A DNA stretch of 64,000 nt from an uncultured Planctomycetaceae bacterium. Lineage in GTDB: Bacteria; Planctomycetota; Planctomycetia; Planctomycetales; Planctomycetaceae. Positions 34,217 through 48,494 of this stretch are shown piece after piece. Made by a program: the position numbers and the translations under genes. The notes below the pieces were generated by a model. It was not told the DNA's origin and searched no databases. It was given only the letters and a program-made list of their open reading frames with translations. Each line of letters opens with the position of its first letter. Positions within the stretch are counted from its first letter, which is position 1. The stretch covers positions 704,001-768,000 of the forward strand of contig CAWFGE010000012.1 in the NCBI GenBank assembly GCA_963815195.1. The letters are read 5' to 3'.

Positions 34217-36443
34217 ATGGAACACACACTCAAAAACTTTCACGTGGAAACCGACGAGCGCGGCGTGGCGACGGCCCTCCTCGATGTGCCCGACCGCGGC
34301 ATGAACGTGTTCGAGCCCGGCGTGATCGAAGAACTCGAATCGCTGGTGTCCGAGTGGGAACGCGCGAAGGACGTCAAGGCGATCGTGTTTAAGAGCGGCA
34401 AAGCCAGCGGGTTTCTCGCGGGGGCCGACATCAACGTCATCGAGTCCATCCGCACCCCGGAAGAAGCGGACGCGATCATCGCCCGGGGGCAAAACTTATT
34501 CACGCGAATCGAGCGGCTGCCGATGCCGACGTTCGCAGTCATCCATGGCCCGTGCTTGGGTGGAGGGCTGGAGTTCGCGCTGGCGTGCAATTACCGCATC
34601 GCCCGCGACGACGGTGCCACCCGGCTGGGCCTTCCGGAAACGCAGCTCGGCGTGATCCCCGGTTGGGGCGGCACGCAGCGGCTGCCCCGTGTGGTCGGCA
34701 TCGTGAAAGCCTTGGAAATGATTCTGACCGCGAAGAAAGTTCCCGCCTCGGCCGCCAAGAAAATGGGCCTCGTCCACCTCGCCCCCTCGCCCGAGGAATT
34801 CGATCAGGCGGTCGCGGGCTTTGTCGAAACTGTGACCGCGAGTCCGTCGTCAGCAGCGGAGGTGACTCGTTCTCCCCGCCGTCCGTTGCTGGCGCGGCTC
34901 GTGAATCACACCCGCTTCGGTCGTTGGCTCGCGTTTAAAGGCACGCGGCAGCGGATCGCGAACCAGGCCCGGCATTATCCCGCGCTCGAAGCCGCGGTGC
35001 AAGCAGTCAAAGCCGGCTACCGCACGCCGGGCCAGGCGGGAATGGATGCGGAACGGGCCGCGTTTTGCAAGGTGCTGTTCACGCCGACTTGCCGGAACCT
35101 GATCGGTCTGTTCTTCCAGCGCGAAAAAGCGAGAAACGTCGCCACCTGGACGAAGGCGGAGGAGGAAGCCAAACCCGCGCCGATTGGAAAGCTCGGGGTC
35201 ATCGGCGGCGGGGCGATGGGCGCGGGCATCGCGCAGCTCGCGGCCTATCAAGGTTTGGAAGTCGTCCTGCGGGAGATCAATCAAGAGATGCTCGACGCCG
35301 GCATGGGCCGGATTAAAAAACTATTTGACGAAGCCGTGTCCAAGCGCCGCCTGAGCGCGGAAGAAGCCGCCGCCAAGCTCGCCGCCGTCACGCCGACTGT
35401 GGATTGGGCCCCTTTGAGCAAAGTGGACGCCGTGGTCGAAGCCGTCGTCGAGCGCGAAGACATCAAGCAGGATGTGTTCGGCGAATTGGAGCAGCACACC
35501 TCGCCCGAAGCGGTGCTCGCGACGAACACGTCTTCGCTGTCGGTCCGGCGGTTGGCGGAGCCGCGCGAGCATCCGGAACGTGTGGCGGGACTGCACTTCT
35601 TCAATCCCGTGCATCGCATGGAGTTGGTCGAAGTCGTCCGCACCGAATCCACGTCGCCGGCCGCCATCAGCCGATTGGTGCGGCTGGTGAAGAAGCTCGG
35701 CAAGACGCCGATCGTGGTCCACGACAGCCCGGGCTTCGTGGTCAATCGGATTCTGTTCCCCTATCTCGCCGAGGCCGTCCGCATGGTTTCAGAGGGCGAA
35801 GACGTGACCTGGATCGACCGCACGCTCAAACGCTTCGGCATGCCGATGGGTCCCTTAGAATTATTGGACCAGGTCGGTCTCGATGTCGCGGCTCATGTCG
35901 CGGGCAGCTTGGGCGATGTGATTCCCGATCCCGGCCCGACCGCGGAACGGCTCACCGCAATGGTGGAAGCCGGCTGGCTCGGCAAGAAGTCCCGCCAGGG
36001 GTTTTACGTCTATGAAAACGGCCGCAAAGGCAAGCCCACAATCTGGCCGGAAACGCAATCGGCCCTCGCACCGATCAACGCTCCGGAATCGTTCGCGACG
36101 GGATTGTCGCTGACGGAGCTGCGATTGGTGTTGCCGCTGATCAACGAAGCCGCGCGGTGCCTGGAAGAGCACATCGTCTCGGAGGCGTGGATGGTGGATT
36201 TGGCGATGGTGTTGGGCACCGGGTTCGCTCCGTTCCGCGGCGGACCGCTTGAAGCTGGCCGACAGTTTGGGCATCGCCAAGGTGGTCACCGATATGCAAA
36301 CGCTCTCCGAACTCTGCGGCGACCGGTTCGCCGTCTGCCCGCTGCTGTTGAATCTCAAGCAGCGCGAGGAAACGTTTTATTCCAAAGAACAGAAATCGAA
36401 AGATGAGAAAAAAGAACAAGAAAAGTTGAGCGTCAAAACTTAA
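34217..36443 (+). CDS. fadJ: Fatty acid oxidation complex alpha subunit (enoyl-CoA hydratase / 3-hydroxyacyl-CoA dehydrogenase; frameshift near 36250)
   Basis: [75 protein letters not shown]; last ~60 aa in ORF 36249..36443. Confidence 0.88.
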
Positions 36444-36444
36444 A

Positions 36445-36551
36445 AGGCGAGCGGGGGGTGTCAGTGAGCCCCCCGGTGATACGGAATGTTTCAAAAGCTT
36501 CACAATTAAAACGTTCGCGAGTGACCAGGGGGCTCACGCCCCCCGCTCGCC
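36445..36551. repeat. REP-like element (family B)
   Basis: aggcgagcggggggtgtcagtgagccccccggt ... accagggggctcacgccccccgctcgcc. Confidence 0.8.
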
Positions 36552-36571
36552 CTTGTAAGAGGAGAACAATC

Positions 36572-38518
36572 ATGAGTTTGGACACTTCGGACTTTAAAGA
36601 CACGTCCGCCGAGAACGCCAAGCCTGAAGAACAGGAAGTCTCCTTCGCGGAAACCGCGATGCGGCTGGGCAACAAGAGCGAGGACGAAGCCCGGCGAATG
36701 GGGGCGGTGGATTCCGCCGACGAGCAGGTCGAACGCCTGTTCGCGCCGGAGTACCAAACCGTGAACAGCCCGATCCACCGCGCGGTCTGGGACCGCGCGT
36801 TGCCCGTGGATTTGTTCCAAGGCCACGTCCCCGCACCGCCCCCGGAAGTCGAACGGGTGATGACTCAATCGCTCGACATCATTCGCCGGCGAAAACAGTC
36901 GGGGCGGATTCTCGACGAGCACAAGAAGATCTCCGAAGAAACGCTCGCCGAGTTGGGCGGGGCGGGCTATTGGGGGCTGTTGGTCTCGCCGGAGTACGGC
37001 GGCTCCGGGGCGGCGTTCGTCAACTTCGCCAAGTTCCTCACGCGGATGGCCACGCTCGATCCGACTGTGGCGGGATTGGCCTCGGTGCATGGCTGCATCG
37101 GCGCGGTCGATCCGGTGCGGTCCTTCGGCTCGCCGGAACAAAAACAACGCTTCCTCCCGAAGCTCGCCAGCGGTGAAACGCTCTCCGCGTTCGCTCTCAC
37201 GGAACCCAACGCCGGTTCCGACCTCACCGCGCTTCGCACGCAGGCGGTGCTCGACGGGGATGAATATGTCGTCAACGGCGAGAAGCTGTTTATCACGAAC
37301 GTCAGGCCCGGCCGCACGATCGGATTGGTCTGTCTGATCGAAGACAAGCCGGCGGTATTGATCGTCGATTTGCCCAAAGAAGAAAACGAGCATTTCCAGC
37401 TCAAGAAGTATGGACTTTACGCGCTCGAATATGCGCACAACTACGGCATTCTGTTTCGCGATTTCCGCGTGCCGGCCGAGAACCTGTTGGAGCCGGTCCG
37501 CGGCGATGGGTTGACGATCGCCTATCACGGTTTGAACCTGGGCCGAGTCGCGTTGTGCGCGAATGCCGCGGGCACGATGCGGATGATGCTCGCGAGCATC
37601 CTGCCTTGGGCCTGGCATCGCCGGACGTACGGCGAACCAATCGCCAGGCGGGAACTGGTCCGCCGGCGAATGGGCCGGATGGCCGGCCTGATCGTCGCCA
37701 GCGATGCGATGACCGAATGGTGCGGCTCGCTCTTGGATGCAGGTTTCCGCGGCGAGATGGAATGCATCATCGCCAAGATCTTCGGCAGCGAAGCCCAGAA
37801 GGAAGCCACCATCGAATTGTTGATGAAGACCCACGGCGGCCGGGCGTTTTTGCACGGGCATTTGTTCGGCGACAACGTGCACGATTTCCTCGCTCCCTGC
37901 ATCTACGAGGGCGAAGGCGAAATGCTCGGCATGGCGTTCTTCAAGTCGCTGGTCAAGCATCATGGCAAGCTGTTCTTCGAGCCCATCGGCCGGACGCTGC
38001 ATGCCGCGGGCATCCGCCAGCCGAACCTCGCGAACCCCGCCCATGCCTGGAAGCTCAAAGGTCCGCTGGCGAATTACGCGGGCTGGTTTTTGAAGGAGCA
38101 CGTCTCCCACAAATCGCACACCGGCCTCGAGAACATGCCCACAGCTCTCCGGCAGCACGCCGAGTTTGCGATCCATTCCCTGCAGCACGGGCGGTTTGAG
38201 ATCTCGGCGACGATGCGGAAGTATCAACTCAAACTCGCCGACCGCCAATGCCGGATGGCTGCGCTCTCCGCGTCGCTGCAGGATGCGGTCGTCATGCTCT
38301 GCACCAGCTTGTACGGGGCCCGCCAGGAGGATGAACTCACCCGGACCGCGGCGGAGACGATGTGTGAAAGTTTGAAGCTCAAACTCACCGGCGGCAAACC
38401 CGGCGACCGATACTTCCGCCAGATGACGGAACTCGGCAGCGCCATCGCCGACGGCGGCTTCCGCGCCATCGCAGGCATCGAACCGGAAGAGATTCTGATG
38501 TCGTATGAGAATGATTGA
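36572..38518 (+). CDS. Acyl-CoA dehydrogenase
   Basis: [42 protein letters not shown] catalytic Glu; GGAG RBS. Confidence 0.92.
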   Translation: MSLDTSDFKDTSAENAKPEEQEVSFAETAMRLGNKSEDEARRMGAVDSADEQVERLFAPEYQTVNSPIHRAVWDRALPVDLFQGHVPAPPPEVERVMTQSLDIIRRRKQSGRILDEHKKISEETLAELGGAGYWGLLVSPEYGGSGAAFVNFAKFLTRMATLDPTVAGLASVHGCIGAVDPVRSFGSPEQKQRFLPKLASGETLSAFALTEPNAGSDLTALRTQAVLDGDEYVVNGEKLFITNVRPGRTIGLVCLIEDKPAVLIVDLPKEENEHFQLKKYGLYALEYAHNYGILFRDFRVPAENLLEPVRGDGLTIAYHGLNLGRVALCANAAGTMRMMLASILPWAWHRRTYGEPIARRELVRRRMGRMAGLIVASDAMTEWCGSLLDAGFRGEMECIIAKIFGSEAQKEATIELLMKTHGGRAFLHGHLFGDNVHDFLAPCIYEGEGEMLGMAFFKSLVKHHGKLFFEPIGRTLHAAGIRQPNLANPAHAWKLKGPLANYAGWFLKEHVSHKSHTGLENMPTALRQHAEFAIHSLQHGRFEISATMRKYQLKLADRQCRMAALSASLQDAVVMLCTSLYGARQEDELTRTAAETMCESLKLKLTGGKPGDRYFRQMTELGSAIADGGFRAIAGIEPEEILMSYEND

Positions 38519-38526
38519 CTGCGAAA

Positions 38527-38665
38527 AGGCGAGCGTGGGGCGTCCGCCCCATGTTTTCGCGGAATGGTTTACACGTACCCATTTTTCCAAGCGCAGAAGC
38601 TGTGAAAAAGGAAACCGAATTCAGCGTTCGCGAGTGATCAGCCGGCTGACGCCGGCCGCTCGCCT
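38527..38665. repeat. Degenerate REP-like element (family B)
   Basis: aggcgagcgtgggg... and ...cagccggctgacgccggccgctcgcct arms. Confidence 0.6.
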
Positions 38666-38677
38666 GGAGAATCTGCC

Positions 38678-39634
38678 ATGATTCAGAAACCGATTACGCT
38701 CGCGCTCGGCGGAGGCGGTGCGCGGGGGATTTCACATTTGGGAGTGATCGAAGGCTTAAAGGAAGCCGGGTTCGACGTCAGCCGCGTCGTGGGCGTGAGC
38801 ATCGGCAGCCTCGCCGGGGCCCTCTACGCGTTTTACCCCGACGTCAAGCCCATGATCGCCAAGGGCCTGGGTTATTTGCTTTCCGAATCGTTCCAGAACC
38901 ATCAGCAAACGCTCTTCGGGGCCCGCCGGAACTCGGATGAGACCGGCGGCGTGTTCTCGTGGTATTCGCGGGTGATGACGTACCTCAAGGCGAATCGCAT
39001 CTGGCATCGGGCGGTCACGCGGCCGTCGTTGTTGCCGGGGATCGTGATGCAGGACGTGGTGACGAACCTGCTGCCCGATGCCGACATCGCGGACGCCAAG
39101 ATCCCGCTGTCCATCGTGGCGATCGATTTGCACAGCGGGCATCAAGTGGTGCTCGAACGCGGTTCGGTCCGCGAAGCCGTGCGGGCGTCTTCGGCCATCC
39201 CGGGAATCTTTCCGCCGATCCAATGGGACAACATGCTCCTCGCGGATGTGGGCATGCTCTGCGCACTCCCCACGGTGATCGCCCAGTCCTACGGCAGCGG
39301 CCCGGTCGTCGCCGTGGATGTCAGTTCCCGCGTGAAGCATTTGGCCCACTGCGACACCGCGCTCGATGTGTTGATGCGGATGGACGAGATCGGCGAAGCC
39401 CTGTTCCGCAAGCACGTCACCGCCGCGGCGGATCTGGTCATCCGGCCGAACGTCGCCCACACCGAATGGTTCGATTTCTCCAATCCGGAAATGCTCATCA
39501 ACCTCGGCCGCAAAGCCGCGCGGCAATCGTGCTCGGCTCTGTCGGCACTCCTGCGAAACAACGGCACCGCCCCCAAGCCGAAACGGCCCAACCGCATCAA
39601 TGGAGAACCTGCGCCCGTCGATTATTCGGTCTGA
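38678..39634 (+). CDS. Patatin-like phospholipase
   Basis: LALGGGGARG, GVSIG (GxSxG), ASSAIPGIFPP, LADVG (DGG variant). Confidence 0.92.
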   Translation: MIQKPITLALGGGGARGISHLGVIEGLKEAGFDVSRVVGVSIGSLAGALYAFYPDVKPMIAKGLGYLLSESFQNHQQTLFGARRNSDETGGVFSWYSRVMTYLKANRIWHRAVTRPSLLPGIVMQDVVTNLLPDADIADAKIPLSIVAIDLHSGHQVVLERGSVREAVRASSAIPGIFPPIQWDNMLLADVGMLCALPTVIAQSYGSGPVVAVDVSSRVKHLAHCDTALDVLMRMDEIGEALFRKHVTAAADLVIRPNVAHTEWFDFSNPEMLINLGRKAARQSCSALSALLRNNGTAPKPKRPNRINGEPAPVDYSV

Positions 39635-39716
39635 CGGTTGTGAAGGAAAGAAACCCAAACCGACCCCTTGCGGCCGGTGAGCGACGCCCAACGCGTCGGC
39701 TTGTGCGGAGGAACTC

Positions 39717-40070
39717 TCAACCCCAGCGGACGCCGCAGTCGGCGAGGCCTTGGAGACTTCGCAAGTACAAATAGGTCTCCGCTTCTTCGCGGTCAAAGGG
39801 GGCCATCAGGGACACCTTGGCCCTTTTATAAAGTCCAATGCCCACGCCTTCGATGTCGTCCAGGCGTTTGAAGCACTCCGGGTTGACGTCCCAAAGTTCG
39901 CCTGTGATGCACCGTCCCTCGGGGGCTTCGACCAGCCCGGGAAAGTTGCCGACGTTATACATGCGGTAATGCGGCTCGGTTTGAGCCGGTCCCAAAAACC
40001 GCTGCCCTTGCAATGCCGCCGACCGGGAAAAGCCTCGCTTCAAAGTGCCGTACACGAACAACTTGGCCAT
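39717..40070 (-). CDS. Gamma-glutamylcyclotransferase (AIG2-like) family protein
   Basis: [26 protein letters not shown]. Confidence 0.9.
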   Translation of the reverse strand: MAKLFVYGTLKRGFSRSAALQGQRFLGPAQTEPHYRMYNVGNFPGLVEAPEGRCITGELWDVNPECFKRLDDIEGVGIGLYKRAKVSLMAPFDREEAETYLYLRSLQGLADCGVRWG

Positions 40071-40109
40071 CGAATCGATCCGGTGATGTTTCACAAGTAA
40101 GCCAGGAAC

Positions 40110-41603
40110 TCAGGCCAGGATGTCCTCGATGATGTGGCCGCGGTCGATGTCGAGGCGTTTGCGGCCGGGGATTTCCAATCGGCGGTTGTCGAGGCCCAAC
40201 AGATGGAGCACGGTCGCGTGCAGGTCGGTGACGTAATGCCCTTCGCCGAGGGCATTGTAGCCGAGCTCGTCGGTGGCTCCGTGGACCAAGCCTTTCTTGA
40301 GGCCCGCGCCGGCCATCCAAATCGTGAAGCCGTTGGGATGATGATCGCGGCCCGTTTTCCCGCCGCCGCGCTGTTCCATGCCCGGGCGTGCGTCCGAACT
40401 CGGTGCAGAACACGACGGTGACTTCGTCGAGCAGCCCGCGCTTCTTCATATCCTGCAATGAACCCGGCGACGGGCGGATCGACGGTGCCGCACAGCCGTT
40501 CGTGGTTCTTTTGGAGTTCGCGGTGCGAGTCCCAGACGCCGTACGAGGAGGGAAACACCTGCACGAACCGCACGCCGCGCTCCACCAGCCGCCGGGCCGC
40601 CAGCAGCCGCTGCCCCGCGAGTTGGGTCGCCTGGTTGTCGAGTCCGTAGAGCTGCGCGAGTGGCCTTCGTCTCCTGCGCAAAGTCGATCGCCTCGGGCAC
40701 CGCGGACTGCATGCGGAACGCCAATTCATAAGCCCGGATGCGGGCTTCGAGTTCCTGGTCTTCCGGGTATTCCACCGCCGATAGTTGGTTGAGCTGATGG
40801 ATCAGGTCGTACTCGTGCCGCTGCGCCGCCCGGCTTTGCCCCGCTTGTCTCGTGCCGAACGGAAGCGGGGTTTTGGGATCCAAGGTCAGCGGGACGCCGG
40901 CGTGCTGGGGCCCGAGATAGTTCGAATCGATCGACTGCCGGGTGTCGGAACGCGTGGGTCCGCCGAGCACGGCGAACTTGGGAAGGTTTTCGTTCAAGGT
41001 GCCCAAGCCGTAATGCGCCCAGGCCCCGATGCTCGGTTCCGGCGGGTCCAGCCGATGCCGGCCCGTGTGGATTTGATTTTCCGCCGCGTGATCGTTGTCG
41101 GTGGTCCACATGTTGCGGACGAAGCACAAATCGTCCACGCACTTCGCCAAATGCGGCCACCAGTCGGTGATCTCGATCCCGCTTTCGCCGTGCTTTTTCC
41201 AGCCGACCTGCATGGGATAGATCGTGGGATACACATCGCGGACGTTGACTTCCTCGGCCGGGACCGAGCGAAACCGCCTCTTCTGTAAGGGCGACAGGAC
41301 CGGGTTCTCGAACGGGGTCTTGTCGAAGGTTTTGCCCGCGTGTTGGTTGAGGGCCGGCTTGGGGTCGAAGGTCTCCAAATGGCTGTACCCGCCCGAGAGA
41401 AAAATCCACACAACCGACTTGGCCTTGGCCGGGTGATGCGGTGCCCAGGCGGTTTGCTCGGATGATTCGGCCGCCTTGAGCCGGCCGTCGTCCGCGAGCA
41501 TCGCCCCGAGCGCCAGCCCGGTAAAACCCAGGCCCAGATCGGACAGAAACACCCGCCGAGAGCACCCACAGCCCGAGGAATGATCTTGGTTCGCGTTCAT
41601 CAT
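40110..41603 (-). CDS. DUF1501 family protein (about 3 frameshifts near 40665, 40455, 40380)
   Basis: [40 protein letters not shown]; later fragments [37 protein letters not shown] in shifting frames. Confidence 0.85.
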
Positions 41604-41604
41604 G

Positions 41605-45074
<3,470 letters not shown>

Positions 45075-45260
45075 GCCGGCTCGTTCTCCGTGCTTTGGCC
45101 AGTTCGGGAGAAAGCACATGGCGACATCGCCGCCCCGCGCATCGATTTCCAGCGGGCCTGTGTTTCAAAACGGCCCCGCTGCAATATATCAGCTCGAACT
45201 GATGCAAACAATCGGCCGCGGATGTTCGCGTTCCGGAGAACTCTCGGCCGGGGAGCAGCG

Positions 45261-45638
45261 CTATTTCCCGCCGAATCTCGCGGAGAATTCCTCTTCGAGC
45301 ACTTCCGCCATCCGCTGCCTGAGGGCATAAAACGCTTCGAGGAGTTCCACGGCCCGCGGCGTGAGGTCGCTGCGGTGGGCTCCCGTGCCGCCCACTTGGG
45401 TTTCCACCAGCGATTCGCCGATGGACTCCTCGGCCTCCTTGATCCGGCCCCAGACGTAGCGATAGCTTTTGCCCAGCTTGCGGGCGGCTTCCTTGATGGA
45501 CCCGGTCTCGCGGACCGCATCCAGCATCCGGCTGAGCCCGTGCCCGAATACATACTCCCCATCGAGCTCGAGCCAGACTTTGACTCGGGGCTGGATCGAC
45601 CCGGCCGCGCGGGCCGATCGTGATTTCGCTTTCCCCAC
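45261..45638 (-). CDS. ModE-type stand-alone winged-helix regulator
   Basis: VKVWLE..VFGHG..MLDAVRETGSIKEAARKLGKSYRYVW..LVETQVGG..LTP; no TOBE domain; start uncertain (GTG after GGAG). Confidence 0.85.
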   Translation of the reverse strand: MGKAKSRSARAAGSIQPRVKVWLELDGEYVFGHGLSRMLDAVRETGSIKEAARKLGKSYRYVWGRIKEAEESIGESLVETQVGGTGAHRSDLTPRAVELLEAFYALRQRMAEVLEEEFSARFGGK

Positions 45639-45794
45639 GCTCCGCTCCCGCCAGAAGAGACGTCGTATTTGGGTCATTCGCGGGAAATGTGTCCGATTCA
45701 TTAGCCGCAGGGCGCTAGCCCCGGTTCAGGAATATACCGGATGCTCGCGCGGTTTGGCCGACGATCGCGCAGATTTCTCGAACGTTCCTTAAAC

Positions 45795-45980
45795 CTCAAA
45801 CTGTAAGCGTTTGGGTGGCTGGGGCGCAAATCCCTTTTGGAATAAGGCTTGAACTACAAATGCTGGGGCTGTGGCCGGGCGAGAAAAATCTCACACGGCC
45901 CCAGGCCTCACGTCTGCTTTTTCCTCGGAACATTCCTTTGCGCCCCAGCCACCCCCTGCACTTTCGACTTACAGTTTGAG
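45795..45980. mobile_element. MITE-like element, 186 bp
   Basis: Perfect 13-bp TIR ctcaaactgtaag / cttacagtttgag, flanked on both sides by ttaaac; internal 18-bp IR gggtggctggggcgcaaa / tttgcgccccagccaccc. Confidence 0.8.
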
Positions 45981-46060
45981 TTAAACCATATTCTATCGGC
46001 GACGTTTCCCGGATGCGAGCAGCGATTTGAACACCCGACCGGCCTGCGGTTCCGGGCGGG

Positions 46061-47597
46061 TTATTGTTGGTAGAGCGGGAGGTGCCGGTAGTAGACTTCC
46101 AGCGTGAGAATCGAGAGGCACGTGACATACAGCCGGCCTCCGTTGCTGCCCCATCGACAGTATTTCGCGTCCCAACTACCGGCTCCGTGGCCGGTTTGGG
46201 TTTGCGTGGCCACCAGGCGGCTGCGCATCCGCTCGTTCCAGGCGTCCCACCGCCGGCCGCCCCAGTGGTGGAGCACCTGGGTCGCGTAGTAGTTGTAATA
46301 CATGTCGTTGTCGTCCGGTCCCTTTTGGGCCAGATACAAAACGCCGTTCTGTAGCGCGACGCGGTTACTCCATCCCAAATACATCCGGCACAACAGTCCG
46401 ATGGCTGTTGTGGAAGGTTTCGCACCGTAGGATGTGTAGCCGTAGTTTGCCCCGCCGTTGGACTGCACGCTGTCGAGGAATTTCATCGTGCGGCCGCGCT
46501 GCGGCCGCCAATCCCCCAGCCCGGCGACCCGCCCGCTGGTCAAGGCCATCACCTGCCAGCCGACCACGGAGGTGTCCCCCTTTTCCCGGGGGCGATACCG
46601 CCAACCGCCGCCTTCGGGATCCTGGGCCTCGGCGATAAAATTCAGCGCCTCGCGGGCGGGGGATTCGAGAAAGTTATCCCGCGTCATGGCGTAGGCTTCC
46701 GCGAGCGCGATGCCCACGAAGCCTTGAATGTACATGCCGGGGTGCCGGCCGCCTTTTGTATAATCGCCGCCCACGCGCTTCCCGCCGCGCTGGCTGAGGA
46801 TATACCGAAGGCCGGCCCGCACCTGGTCTTTGTAGTCGCCTTCCTTGTGCGTATGCCCGGCCCCCAGAAAACACAACACGGCCATCGCCGTGGACCCCGC
46901 CGTCCAATCGCGGTGACTGCCCGTGCCTTGGCACGTCTCATCGCAGTCGGGACCGAGATGATCGAAACTCCAACTGCCATCGGGCCGCTGATGCCTTGCC
47001 AGCCACTTGAGCCCCTCGTCCACGGCCCGCTCGCTTTGCGGAGTCCCGCCGTACTGTTTGGCCATTTTCGCCCGCATTTTACCGCTGCGGGCGCCAAAGG
47101 ATTTTTTGAATCGCTCGCCGAACTCCGGAAAGGGACCGGTCACGACCCCGATCCCGCCCGCGACTTCCGGCAAGGTCGTCTCGGAAACGGCCGCCAACCC
47201 CGCGGCCGGCAGTTCGGCTGCCGGCGGCAAAATGTCCACTTTGGGAACCAGCGGCGGCGGTTCCACGTCCAATTCCTCGTGGGCTTCCGGCGCGTTCGCC
47301 GGATCGGGCTCGGGGGGAATCTCCGGCGGCTCGATTTCCGGGCCCAAATCCTCGTCCGGCCGCCGATCCAGGTCCTGAGCCGGCTCTTCCATCACAATCA
47401 CGGTGGAAACCGGCTCGGGCGATTCGGTCAGCGAACGATAAATCATCGTCGCCAGTATCAAAGCGAGACAGGCATGAAACAGGGCGGCTCACCAGAAAGG
47501 TTGCGACGAAGGTGCACAACGTCCGCAACCATCTGCGCCACCAGGCACGGTTCTCGACCTCATGAATTTCGGGCAGATCATCACGGGGAGAAATCAT
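46061..47597 (-). CDS. Membrane-anchored prenyltransferase/squalene-cyclase repeat protein (frameshift near 47487)
   Basis: GLKWLARHQRPDGSW, TAMAVLCFLGAG, QDPEGGGWRY, DTSVVGWQ, YYNYYATQ, LTLEVYYR. Removing one C restores FLVSALFHACLALILATM. Pro/Glu-rich linker. Confidence 0.82.
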
Positions 47598-47882
47598 GTG
47601 CCGCCACCTTCCAGCACAGAAAACGTCGAACGACGACAACCGCAGAGACGCGGTTCGGATCTTCATCTCTTCCGTATCTTCCATCATAGGGGAAAAGCCT
47701 GACGGAACAAGTGCTGTATAAAGATGTGCAGACTGCTCCACGAGTGCGTGGCCCGATCCTTGCAGCGGAGAAGCCTCGGAGCACAGGCCTCTAAGAGAAA
47801 ACGAAAAGAGCCTGCCCATCCGGCAAACGGATAAGCAAGCTCTTGAAATCCGAAGCCGCCATTTTCAGCGGCGTCAATGATT

Positions 47883-48404
47883 TTAGACCGGGATCGTTTC
47901 CACGAGGTCGCGGACCAGGCGGGAGAGGACTTCGTGGGTGACCTGCAGATCGACCGGCGTACGGCCGGTCTCGCCTTTGATCGATTCATACCGCTTGAGC
48001 GAAAAGCTCCCGCCCGCGCTCGACGAGAGCAGCACTTCGTAGAACAGCCGTTTGTCCGGCTGGTTCGACGGGGCGGTGGAGCGGATCAGGATTTGGCCGC
48101 TGTCGGGTTCGAACTCCAGGGGGCCGAGGTTTTCCAGCAAATAGGTGATCCGGGTGCAAAGGGCCTCCGCCCATTGCCGGAGCACATCGTCCGAGGCAGC
48201 CTTCATCGAAGGGACGTTGAGCCGCAGTTCCTGAACCGCGCAGCTCAACCGGTCGACCTCCATGAAATCCAACTGCACCTCCATTGTCTCCGCCGGGTTT
48301 CGCGGGTCGCGCGTGGCGAGTTTCGTGGTGTGGGGCGTCGTCGCGGAAAGTCCGCTCAGCTTCTGGAGTTCGCTATTCAAATTGTGGATGAGCGTGGCAG
48401 ACAT
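47883..48404 (-). CDS. Hypothetical protein downstream of spoVR
   Basis: Clean 173-aa ORF with GAGGA RBS, co-oriented with the prkA operon; conserved-looking segment RITYLLENLGPLE..IRS. Confidence 0.7.
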   Translation of the reverse strand: MSATLIHNLNSELQKLSGLSATTPHTTKLATRDPRNPAETMEVQLDFMEVDRLSCAVQELRLNVPSMKAASDDVLRQWAEALCTRITYLLENLGPLEFEPDSGQILIRSTAPSNQPDKRLFYEVLLSSSAGGSFSLKRYESIKGETGRTPVDLQVTHEVLSRLVRDLVETIPV

Positions 48405-48494
48405 CGGTCGGTCCTCAGGGGTGGGTATGTCGGGGTATGGGAAAAACGGGGGAAAATGTCTCTATCTTTCGGTCCTTCGAAAGTCGTTCGGCTC

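Noticed and set aside
46061..47597. Squalene-hopene cyclase or terpene biosynthesis gene
   Set aside because: Only one barrel of QW-like repeats is present, with a membrane anchor and no DxDD motif; it matches the common planctomycete repeat protein type.
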